This document shows positions 51,388-64,000 of a stretch of DNA of 64,000 bases, piece after piece (the stretch's first letter is position 1; the number at the start of each line of letters is the position of its first letter). This DNA is from Octopus sinensis. Its lineage: Eukaryota. A program made the translations under genes and the position numbers. The notes under the pieces were generated by a model. The model saw nothing but the letters and a program-made list of their open reading frames with translations. It was not told the DNA's origin and searched no databases. Where the stretch lies: the NCBI RefSeq assembly GCF_006345805.1, contig NC_043009.1:46190001-46254000 (forward strand), given 5' to 3'.

Positions 51388-51796
51388 GGATCTTTTCGGT
51401 TTGAACGGCAGTTTTTTCTAGCGGTGTCATATGAAATTGTCACCCATAATTATGACCCTAGTATAGATCTATTGCATTTCAATCTGTTTTAGGGTTAGGT
51501 TTAGGGGGGTATCTTTTTTTTCTTCAGAAACGTAAATAAACCCAATCTGTTTCTTGAACGAGGGACATATTCATACGACACAGAATGTTTTCACCTCAAT
51601 AGACGGTCATTGATTGGTTGAAATTGCCGAAATGCAAGAAATTAAAGACTAAATATCTTACAAACTATAGAATTTTTTCAATAAAGCCAAGAGAAAAAAG
51701 ATGTTTTATAAACACATTCTACCACTATACAAAGTTTAAAATTTTTTAATTATCTAGAAATTATGCTAAAAACTGTCGTTCAAACCGAAAAGATCG
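51388..51796. mobile_element. MITE (GGATC-TIR family), third copy
   Basis: Homologous to 16739-17143; TSD decayed. Confidence 0.85.
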
Positions 51797-54700
51797 ACAA
51801 TTGTTGACCTTATACTCTTTAGATCAACGAATCTGTTGTAATCAGTACATCCTATCTCAATATCATTATACCAATCTTTTGATAGTTATTTCTCTCCTTT
51901 TAGAGGTTATCATTATTTCATTATCTGTGTGTGTGTGTGTGTGGGCGTGTGTTTAATTGACATATGCAGTTATATTATTTGTAATTAGTATCTATACTGC
52001 AGGGTTCATAGGGAACACTTTAAAATTATTTATCTGCAATAATTTGTAATCAACTCTTTATCGATGAATACAGTTGTATAGTATACTTTTCATATGCACA
52101 ACGCGTGCGCACCGTGTGTGTAGTGTATGTGTGTGATCGCATGTATGTGTGTATTGGTTAGAGAACGAAAGACTAATAATATTGTTAAATATTTAGTGTT
52201 AACATTTAGATAGACTTAGATACGTTGAAGATCACTGTTCGCTCCTATCAACAATGAAGCATTTCACGTGGTCGCTTGACTTGTTAGAATTAGTAACGAA
52301 AAGGTTTCCCTCAGCTCGCACCATACCATCTAAAAAAAAATAGGAAGGACCCGTTACCTAATCTAATCATAGGTATCCCCAAAAGAACGGCTTGATCACA
52401 ATTGGAAAATATCCGACTATAGGCTTGCTCGATCGTAGTTGACTGGGGTGGATATAGGATATGGGACTAAACGTTTTCTTCCCCACTCTGAGATTAATGC
52501 AGTGGCCCCCAACATATAGTAACGCAGTGCCTCGTATCATCGAACGGCATATGGCAGTTGACTTCATCTTCATTTCCGATCACTTCCAAATCACGAGTTT
52601 ATCGCGAGTTTATGTGCACAGGCCCTAATATAAACTCAAAAAAGACACTTTGAGCGCGAAAAATCAGAGAGAATTGGGACCCGTTCGTTACAGACCTCGA
52701 CGAATTCTTCTCTCATAGATATTTTCACAATTTCATACTCACACCAGCGCGATTTTCCTAATAACTGTTTCACAGATCTATACCAACTTGGAAATGGATG
52801 AAGCATCAATGGCATATGTTTTTGTAGCGATATGAAAAATCAGCTTAATCACCAATTATCTGTTGAAGACCTTCAGCACCTGTAAAATTTGATGTTCATA
52901 TAAGATTGACACAGTTTGTATTTTCATGAAGCCTTGTAAAAAATGTAGCAATAACTGTTGTATAAAAATTGACACCAAGTCTTTGTCATAACCAACGTTA
53001 AAAGCTTTTTACAATGCCCTGTTCCTTTCGGATGTTTTACTGAAATTAATTGGAATCAAATAGAAACTAATTTTGTGCCTATTATCCAAAATTTTCTTTA
53101 TAACCCCTTTCTTGCGTGTGCCTCTGTTTTAGATATTTGTTTTAATCAGTGCTCTATATGTTAATTTTTATTGAAATTACTGAAGATAACGATGATTTCT
53201 ATCGAAATTAATTGGGAAGTCATCAATTTTGCTTCTGCTCTCTAGTAAGCACAAATCCGGCTCATATTTTACAAGTACTTTATTATAGTATCCAAAATGA
53301 GGAAATGAATAATCGACTTCAGCATGATTTAAACACATTAAAAAAATATCTTCATCGGGATTAGAATATAAGTATAGCACATTATATAAATATAATCTAT
53401 TTCCAAGAAACACCCCAGAACTTCACCCATAGATTCTCCCGAACATTTACCCTCCTCTTGTGAGCTAACAACGTCTTCAAGTGAACGATACTGCCCGAGT
53501 TAAACATCACTGGTTTACTGTACAACAAAGCATCAAACTTATATTGCGTCGTGGACACTAATAACTGGTTTAGCAATAAGGAAATCGGTGTCTTTTTTTG
53601 TTTATTAAACAATAAAACATACAAATGAACATAATAATGTTCTTTTGTTTATTTAGACTTCAGCGTGTATTAAGCTATTTGCTTTTCCCATTTGGCGACA
53701 TTGAAGAAGGCCTTGGTTGATAGAAATATAAAACACTAACAATAGAAAGGTTCTCATGAGAAAAACATATTTGAATGTTAATGACTTAAACGACTCTTTT
53801 ATGACTTAATGTCTTAAACTATTCATTGGCGGCTGGAGGAACAGATACTTTGAAATGTTTAGTGCAGAAATTGAAAATACAATGAGACAGGTTTTGAAAG
53901 TGCGAAAGCAGCGAATGAAAGCATGAAAGCAGAAAGAAATGTACCAATTTGCAAAACAAACGTCTTCAGTGCATTTCAAAATAAGATCATTGTTTTGAAA
54001 TAAAAATATTCACTTACAGCAAGATCTCAAAAGCTAAAACACTGAATAATGTTTTAAACAGTGTCTTCACTAACCCTATGATTGTTGTAACTTCGATTTG
54101 AAAAACTGTTTGGATGATCAACGTCAGTCCATCCACAGGGCAGAACATCATCGGTTGTTGTAGAGACTCCGGTTTCCTGCACATGACACAACATTGCGGT
54201 CAAGAAATCGACAGTTTTACTGTATAAAGAAGCGCTAAGTAAACTTTGTAAGAGGGATTTGTTAAAGCACATGCGACACATATAAGTCGAGCACTTTTTA
54301 AAAAACTTTCCAGTGCAATGTCAAACAAGAGTTAAACGGTCAATGTATCCTATCGAGTTGTTTTGTGTGTGCCTGCTTCAGTTATAGTTTTCAAATGTTC
54401 GTTGTCAATTGCAGAAACGTCTGCAACAATTCTTATCTTATACATGTCTTTAGTCTCTACTAGGTAGTTTTTCGAACCTGTGTTAAACCATATTTGTTGA
54501 CTGCCCTCTGGTCTGATCAAGTGTTTGGTCGACTCTGGTCGATACTGTGTTCAGTTTTCGCTATTTGCTTTCAATTTTGAACTCAGTATTCACACTGTAA
54601 AACTACTCGAGCTTTACTTTTGTTTCTTTTCATCCTTAACTTGCTTTCAGACTCAACTAAACAAGAATAAATATTCAGAGAAAAACCATTCGCAGCAATT

Positions 54701-55039
54701 GATCTGATTCATCGTTTCAAAATGAACATAATTAAATGAATGTTTGTTCAAACATTAGTACCAAACTTAAAGGTGACAAAAATTACAATTATGTTTGTAC
54801 CAACCTTGTACCGAACAACTAATATCCTTTCTACTAAAGGCAAAAGGCCTGAAATTTTGAGGGAGGGGGTCTAGTCGATTCCATCAACTCAAGTGTTTCA
54901 CTGGTACTTAACTTATCGATCTTGAGAAGATGAAAGACAAAGTAAGGATTTGAACTCAGAGCCTGTATTAAAGCAAAAAACTAGGGCCTTCCATAAAGAA
55001 GATTTCTAATAATTAAAAACAGGAGAGAGCGTACAGACA

Positions 55040-55290
55040 TACAAACATACATACATACATGCATACATACACACATACATACATTCATACATACATAATA
55101 CATATATACATACATACATACATACATACATACATACATACATACATACATACACATATACATACATACATACATACATACATACATGCATACATACATA
55201 CATACATACAAACAAACATACATACATGCATACATGCATACATACATACATACATACATACATACATACATACACATACATACATACATA
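55040..55290. repeat. (TACA)n microsatellite
   Basis: Direct inspection. Confidence 0.95.
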
Positions 55291-55876
55291 TTAGCAGCAT
55301 ATCGGCAGTGTTGTTAGAGTGTTACGTAGAATACGTTTTGGTCTTTTTCAACTCTGAGTTCTGAGTTTAAATCATATAAAAGTCGATTTTTCATTTCCTC
55401 ATTTTGGGTGCTATAATAAAGTGCCTGTAAAATGCAATAGGAGACTGACTCTTAGCTAGGAATCATTGCTTTAATTAAACAAGAACAAATTGTTAACATT
55501 TTGTGGATAGCGAAACAGACACCTGCCAGGTAGAGTAACGATATCAATCACGTCACAGATTTCAATTATGTATTCGGCCTACCGGTATTTAATCGGTCCT
55601 TTAATGTTTTAGGATAAAAGTTAATTAATTTGCTGCGTCAAATTTTCTATTTTGATATTAATTACGAATGGCTGTTCAAAAGTTTCTTTGACTGTGGTTG
55701 TCAGCAAGGAAAATTATGAGATGTTTTAATCTTTTGCGCATGTATTACGCATGCGTGAGCATCTTTCTAAACACACGCGTGTGTGTATGTAATATGTGTG
55801 TATATGTGTATGTGTGCGTGTGTGCGTACACATGTGTGTGTATGTATGTATGTATGTAGGTATGTATGTGTAAGTG

Positions 55877-56078
<202 letters not shown>

Positions 56079-56622
56079 AAGTGTATGTGTCTAAATTACT
56101 TCAAAGGCTTACTATACCGAAGAAGATAACTCTAATTATTTACCAAGTTTCTTATAAATAGATGAATTAAGTTCGCAGTTATACTTACTCATTAACTAAC
56201 TCTCATTAAACTCAAGTAATTAAAACTTTCGGCCCTATGTTTTGAGAAGGAAGATCTTAGTATGACACTATTTGAAAGCACCTAACATTTTTATATGGAG
56301 CTGCGCAATTTCAACCAGAGTGTGTTTTAATAAGTTTTTTGAATTTGCTCTCGTAAATGTTTCAATATTTGCTACGATATCTATTCCGCATGTGAATGTA
56401 TTGGTTTTCCCAGCTAACGGGAACAGTACTCGCATAATTTAAATATTGAAATGTATAAACAGTGAAACAAATATGTAAATTAATATGTAAATTAGACAGC
56501 CTTCTTGAAAAGTTTCATTGTTTTCTTGAAGCTTATCTTAAGCATTTAATGAATCAATATTTATGGAAGCATATTATCTATCTGAAAGTATGAATGTGTG
56601 TGTATGTGTGAGTGTGTGTGTC

Positions 56623-56674
<52 letters not shown>

Positions 56675-58139
56675 GGAAGGAGTGTGTGTCAGCATGTCAT
56701 ATTTGTGCCATGTGGAGGGGTTTAGATAACTGACTGGCCCCTGGATTGCTAATTTACAATGTATGTGAAAATATTGTAGCATCATTAAATGAAAACATTA
56801 AAAAGTAACTTCATTTTAGCAAGTTAAATATACAATTATAATATTGATTGAAAGAGAATGTTCCTGGCCTAATGACTAGTAAAGACATTAATTATAGATC
56901 CTTAATGAAGTTCGCGTGCAAGAGATGATTCAATCATCAAAGTCCGTTATTAGATGACTTGCTCTTGTTCACCGACAATCTCAAAATTCTTAATAACGAG
57001 CTAAAAGTCTGAAAAATCTTTTAGCCTCAGCAACTGTCATGTTAGGGAATAAAAAGTATTTCAAAGCGATGCACCAGCATGGCCGCAGTCGAAAGACTGA
57101 AACAAATAAAAGAAGAAATGTGTCTAAATGTTTATAATAGCTAAATTGACAGAAATATTTGATTCATAAATTGATTTTGAAATGGAATATTTCTTGTTTC
57201 CTATTGAAATAAAGACCAATTTGATAATTTTCTATTTATAGTTACTTCTAAACATATCTAAATAAATTATAGGCTTGTGCTGTCTTCTAATATTTGAAAC
57301 GAACAACTAAATTATGTTGTAAAAACTCTTCTACCATATTCCTATCTTCGGGGATAGTAAAAGTATTTGTATCTTTTATTCTTTGTTGGTGTACATTCAG
57401 TTAGATTTTCCATATTTTCAGCGATAACTTTATCTTCATTAAGAATACTGAAAACCGTCCCATTTTCGGTATAAAGAATTTATTTTATCTAATAAAGCTG
57501 TAACATTATCTACTTAACATCATTGGTAACAGACATTTCTGAACTGAAAAAGAATATTATCAAAGTGATAATATCGTTTAGTCATTTAATCCAAAATGTG
57601 AACACAATGCAACCAAAGGAATTTAAACAAGTTTGGCTGCCTCTTACATTTGTACTCCCTCCCCAAACTCCCGGTGTTAAATTCAGAATAATTGCATTTT
57701 GTAGACCAGAAAACTGAGTGCAATGGGCTTAACACTTCCAACGCTTACTAACCCTCAAATATCCGAGGTAATATGCAGTGATCTTTTAAAAAATCCTCAA
57801 CATTTTGTTTTACAATTTACTATCGTTTAAGAATGAACTCCCACGAAATATATGGTAGAAATTCTGAATATAACCCAAGAAAGTTGTGACTTATTGCAAC
57901 ATTCAGCTGCATTAATTATCTCTCTAATACGTGTTGATGTGGATACTTGCAGATAATGCAATGTAATCTTTTCTTATTTTTATTTTATGAAGCTTTAAAA
58001 TGTCAACACCATAATTTTTCTTCTTGTTGCTGTCAACAAAATCTGGGAGTCTTTCTTTTATTCCCTTATAGTTACTAACTAGTAGCTATGCTAAAATAAA
58101 CCTAGTTGTAGTAATGTAATTTGTTCTAGATGTGGCGAA

Positions 58140-59698
58140 TAAGGAGATACATCCACAAATATACTGTAAAGCTTTGCTTACTCTTGTTCAGTTAAAATAG
58201 CTTTTTAAACATATTCGCAAAAATTATAAGCATACATTGATTATCAGAAATGAAATTTGGAAATTTGCGTTCATTTATGTTTTGTTTTGTTTTTTTTTAT
58301 TTAGGAAGCTCTAATGTTGTTCATCGATCATATATATTGCCTTTGAAATCACCTATCTGATTCAAAATTCTCAAAAGACTGTTATCGTTTCTGTCACCAG
58401 CTTGGTAGCTTTTATCCATAAAAGCTAATTTCCTCTCTCTGCGAAAGCGTCTAGTATCAAGTATACGCTGTATACTTTTTCTTCAAAGATTTGCTTGGTC
58501 TTGAATATTTTTAACTAAAGACCACCAACAGAAGATTTATGCGAGAATCATCACTTAAAGTTTCACTTGTTGATATAACAAAATTTGTGATAAACATTAC
58601 AGTGAGCTCTGATAATTTTTCAGTTAAGTCCCCTCCTCTTGCTTTATTTTTACACCTGAAAGAGAAGAATATCGTTGATTATTTCAACGATATTCTTCGG
58701 TACTCATTACATGATATAGTGGAGGCACATGGCCTAGTAGTTAGAGTAGTGGACTCGCGGTCGAGGGATCGCGGGTTCGAATCTCAGACCAGGCGATGTG
58801 TGTGTTTATGAGCGAAACACCTAAGCTCCACGCGGCTCCGGCAGAAGGTAATGGCGAAACTTCTGCTGACTCTTTCGCCACAAATTTCTCTCACTCTTTC
58901 CTCCTGCATCTTGCAGCTCACCTGCGATGAATCGGCGTCCCGTCCAGGTGGGGAACCTATACGTCAAGAAACCGGGAAACCGGCCCTTATGAGCCAGGCA
59001 TGGCTCGAGAAGGAACAGACAAACAAAACAAAAACATTACATGATATGAAGAACAGAAGAGCAATGCAAGTATTGTTCACCATTTAAAAACTATAATAGT
59101 TTCATTAACGATATAGAAATGTGGGTTACAATCAGTCTTCAAAAATTCCTCTTAATATATTTGTGTGTATTTCTCGTTTTAAAGAGCTTCATTAACTTTC
59201 GTGATGGTCGGTACCTACCTTTCTAATATTCCGATGTCGTTATCAACTAATGTTTTATCATCTGATGTAATAGAACCACGTTGGCTACTTGACATCTGAG
59301 CTGTCTCGTCATTAACTGTAAGTGAATGACGGCACCACGAAATTGCAGATGCCTGTGTTATAATTTCATCAACACTTACAATCTTGTTTAGCTTGAAAGC
59401 GCAAGACTTCTTCCAATTAATTGTCCTTCAGATGAATTTTGATACCGTTGTAACTTTTCTTTTCTTCTTTTTTCAAATCCTAATTTATGGTCGTAAATTT
59501 TCTAAATGAATTAACCAAATGACAAACAGCTATTTCTTTTTGATACAAAGCTATTTGCTGAGTCGTCTGTTGTGGTAGGGCTGCTCTCATTTACTAACCG
59601 ATTAATCGTTTCTCTCCGATCTTTCCTTCCCCGTGCTGCAAAGCCTATTATTTTTCAGTTGCGTCCAAATTCTCGGAAATTAAATAGGAAGGAAAATG

Positions 59699-59739
<41 letters not shown>

Positions 59740-59903
59740 TAGAGCTTCCCAAATAAAAAAAAACATACATGAACGCAAATTTCCAAATTTCATATCTGAT
59801 AATCAATGTATGCTTATAATTGTTGCGAATATGTTTAAAAAGCTATTTTAACTGAACAAGAGTAAGCAAAGCTTTACAGTATATTTGTGGATGTATCTCC
59901 TTA
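58140..59903. repeat. Inverted repeat, ~144-bp arms, ~1.47-kb spacer
   Basis: 58140-~58283 is the near-perfect reverse complement of ~59758-59903. Confidence 0.9.
58718..59034 (+). mobile_element. SINE family C (different 3' tail)
   Basis: tRNA-like head with GGTTCGAATC B box. 13-bp TSD CATTACATGATAT at 58705-58717 and 59035-59047. Confidence 0.9.
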
Positions 59904-60912
59904 AATGTGACTTTTTCAGCCGTTCCATTAACAAATCATCACGTTCCTTAAATTAGGACGTAAGCGGCTGAGTATTCCGCAGACACGTATTCCCTTAACG
60001 TATTTCACAAGCAAAAATCAACATAACTCAGTGTATAAACAAGACACGCTCTTTTAATTGAGCACAATACATCCGTCAACCCATTTTCATCCATAAGGTA
60101 TGGGTCGATCTGCGGCTACAGAAATGCACACACGCACGCATGCGGACGCACACGCACGCATGCGGACGCACACGCACGCACGTGCGCGTACACAGACACA
60201 CGCACACATGCATTACAGTCAAAAGCACATGGAAAATAAATGAGGTTATTTTTAAAATCTCAATGCAAAATCGCGCTCCCACTTCTTTCCGAAACAAATC
60301 AAAGTTGTTTGCCTAATTAACTTACGACCTATTTCTCATTCATCCCGTATAATTAAACTCTCTGTCTACGTGCTTGAGAAAAGAAAATGCAATTTAGATT
60401 AATATTAAATGGCAGCAGCTAACATTTACCTTGGACCTTTACAATATATTTTATTGTTTTTAAATGGATCCTACAGGTTTAATACTTTTGTGAATGTTTA
60501 TAAAGTTGTTACCCTATCACATTGACATGTTTATGATTAATGGACGTATTTTCTTCTTGCATGAACAATCTTGTTTAAATAATTGAAAATGTTATAGAAA
60601 ATGTGTAGATATGAAAGCTTAGCTGGTCCTCCTACTCTGCTTAGGTCACTATCCCTCTTTTTGTTTTCGCATAGTTGGGTGGCATTGGTAGGCCTAACAT
60701 ACACCAGTTTTAACGCACCATCTCATCATTGGCTGGATCAGTAGAGCTCACTTTCTTTGCATTGCTCGGAGTTCTCCACTCACAAACGTTTTCTTAAAAT
60801 ACATTTTGAAGCTAGGTGAGAGCCGTATCAATGCTATCTGTATGTAACAGCTTGTACAGATGGTGGATAATACACCGTCAACACTAACATTTGAAATAAA
60901 GAAAAATGTATC

Positions 60913-61143
60913 TGTTTCTTTATTGCCCACAAGGGGCTAAACATAGAGGGGACAAACAAGGACAGACAAAGGGATTAAGTCGATTACATCGACCCCAGTG
61001 CGTAACTGGTACTTAATTTATCGACCCCGAAAGGATGAAAGGCAAAGTCGACCTCGGCGGAATTTGAACTCAGAACGCAACGACAGACGCAATACCGCAA
61101 AGCATTTCGCCCGGTGTGCTAACGATTCTGCCAGCTCGCCGCC
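60913..61143 (-). mobile_element. SINE family A
   Basis: Perfect 18-bp TSD AATAAAGAAAAATGTATC at 60895-60912 and 61144-61161. Confidence 0.92.
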
Positions 61144-61432
61144 AATAAAGAAAAATGTATCGTTGCGTTGAACCCAACGACGATGATTTAGCATCAAACA
61201 AAGCTACTCAGAATTAAGAACAGGTAGAAATACCGACTTCTCTCACCCTGTCTGCCTGTCTCCTCTTCTCTCTCCCTCTGCCTCTCTATCTCTCCAATGA
61301 CCCCCCTCTCTCACCCCCTCTCTTTCACCTAAAAGCCCAAACCGAACACTTGGTATCCACTTAGTTTCGGCAGATGAACACACTTCTCTTTGAGTTTTAT
61401 TTCGTGTCTGATTCACTAGCCTCCCGATTCCT

Positions 61433-64000
61433 TATGAAACTTTACCATACAACATCAATCTATGTAAAAACAGAAAAAAAAACCCCTTCTAGAGTGAGAC
61501 AAACAATACCATCATCATTCATATGTACAATTTACATATGAAACTTACCATACACATCAATCTATGTAAAAACAGAAAAAAAAACCCTTCTAGAGTGAGA
61601 CAAACAATACCATCATCATTCATATGTGTACAATTTACATATGAAACTTACCATACAACATCAATCTATGTAAAAACAGAAACCCCCCCTTCTAGAGTGA
61701 GACAAACAATACCATCATCATTCATATGTACAATTTACATATGAAACTTTACCATACTACATCAATCTATGTAAAAACAGAAAAAAAACCCCCTTCTAGA
61801 GTGAGACAAACAATACCATCATCATTCATATGTACAATTTACATATGAAACTTACCATACAACATCAATCTATGTAAAAAACAGAAAAAAAACCCCCCTT
61901 CTAGAGTGAGAAAAACAATACCATCATCATTCATATGTACAATTTACATATGAAACTTTACCATAAAACATCAATCTATGTAAAAACAGAAAAAAAACCC
62001 CCCTTCTAGAGTGAGACAAACAATACCATCATCATTCATATGTACAATTTACATATGAAACTTTACCATACAACATCAATCTATGTAAAAACAAAAAAAA
62101 CCCTTCTAGAGTGAGACAAACAATACCATCATCATTCATATGTACAATTTACATATGAAACTTTACCATACAACATCAATCTATGTAAAAACAGAAACCC
62201 CCCCCCCTTCTAGAGTGAGACAAACAATACCATCATCATCATATGTACAATTTACATATGAAACTTTACCATACAACATCAATCTATGTAAAAACAGAAA
62301 AAAAAAACCCTTCTAGAGTGAGACAAACATACCATCATCATTCATATGTACAATTTACATATGAAACTTTACCATACAACATCAATCTATGTAAAAACAG
62401 AAACCCCCCCCTTCTAGAGTGAGACAAACATACCATCATCATTCATATGTACAATTTACATATGAAACTTTACCATACAACATCAATCTATGTAAGAACA
62501 GAACCCCCCCCCCCCTTCTAGAGTGAGACAAACAATACCATCATCATTCATATGTACAATTTACATATGAAACTTTACCATACAACATCAATCTATGTAA
62601 AAACAGAACCCCCCCCTTCTAGAGTGAGACAAACAATACCATCATCATTCATATGTACAATTTACATATGAAACTTTACCAACAACATCAATCTATGTAA
62701 AAACAGAACACCCCCCCTTCTAGAGTGAGACAAAAATACCATCATCATTCATATGTACAATTTACATATGAAACTTTACCATACAACATCAATCTATGTA
62801 AAAACAAAAAAAAAAAACCCCCTTCTAGAGTGAGACAAACAATACCATCATCATTCATATGTACAATTTACATATGAAACTTTACCATACACACATCAAT
62901 CTATGTAAAAACAGAAAAAAAAACCCTTCTAGAGTGAGACAAACAATACCATCATCATTCATATGTACAATTTACATATGAAACTTTACCATACAACATC
63001 AATCTATGTAAAAACAGAAAAAAAAAACCCCCTTCTAGAGTGAGACAAACAATACCATCATCATTCATATGTACAATTTACATATGAAACTTTACCATAC
63101 AACATCAATCTATGTAAAAACAGAAAAAAAACCCCTTCTAGAGTGAGACAAACAATACCATCATCATTCATATGTACAATTTACATATGAAACTTTACCA
63201 TACAACATCAATCTATGTAAAAACAGAAAAAAAAAACCCCTTCTAGAGTGAGACAAACAATACCATCATCATTCATATGTACAATTTACATATGAAACTT
63301 TACCATACAACATCAATCTATGTAAAAACAGAAAAAAAACCCCCTTCTAGAGTGAGACAAACAATACCATCATCATTCATATGTACAATTTACATATGAA
63401 ACTTTACCATACAACATCAATCTATGTAAAAACAGAAACCCCCCCTTCTAGAGTGAGACAAACAATACCATCATCATTCATATGTACAATTTACATATGA
63501 AACTTTACCATACAACATCAATCTATGTAAAAACAGAAAAAAAAACCCCTTCTAGAGTGAGACAAACAATACCATCATCATTCATATGTACAATTTACAT
63601 ATGAAACTTTACCATACAACATCAATCTATGTAAAAACAGAAAAAAAAACCCCTTCTAGAGTGAGACAAACAATACCATCATCATTCATATGTACAATTT
63701 ACATATGAAACTTTACCATACAACATCAATCTATGTAAAAACAGAAACCCCCCCCCTTCTAGAGTGAGACAAACAATACCATCATCATTCATATGTACAA
63801 TTTACATATGAAACTTTACCATACAACATCAATCTATGTAAAAACAGAAAAAAAAAACCCCTTCTAGAGTGAGACAAACAATACCATCATCATTCATATG
63901 TACAATTTACATATGAAACTTTACCATACAACATCAATCTATGTAAAAACAGAAAAAAAACCCCCTTCTAGAGTGAGACAAACAATACCATCATCATTCA
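61433..64000. repeat. Tandem satellite/minisatellite array, ~103-bp unit, at least 25 copies, truncated by the window end
   Basis: 25 TCTAGA sites between 61488 and 63967 (mean spacing ~103 bp). Confidence 0.98.

Noticed and set aside
53177-54281. Minus-strand ORFs 53177-53413, 53397-53624, 54054-54281 as exons of a second gene
   Set aside because: Part overlaps a decayed repeat also present inverted at ~55375-55435; no recognisable domain and no consistent exon chain.
61433-64000. CRISPR-like regular array
   Set aside because: No unique spacers; whole units are repeated, and the context is eukaryotic. ORF 61523-61744 is a repeat artefact.

Overview
Eukaryotic, AT-rich, microsatellite- and transposon-dense genomic DNA; the SINE/LINE repertoire and microsatellite density suggest a coleoid cephalopod, probably Octopus (inference). 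One protein-coding gene can be assembled with canonical GT-AG, phase-consistent splice sites on the + strand: exons 14841-15326, 36013-36430, 39091-39216 and a probable terminal exon from 44160. It encodes a ~346-aa protein made of a six-bladed NHL-like beta-propeller and a C-terminal SOCS box on its own symmetric exon, an architecture outside the classical SOCS-box families and the best candidate for something undescribed. A tandemly duplicated NRF1/ETS-motif CpG cluster at ~10.6 kb is a candidate promoter. The rest is decayed mariner, pogo, RTE and CRE elements, three tRNA-headed SINE families, several MITEs and non-autonomous Helitrons. There are also several long inverted repeats and hairpins, many inside the gene's introns, and a 103-bp satellite array running off the right end. 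Most listed ORFs are microsatellite or repeat artefacts.
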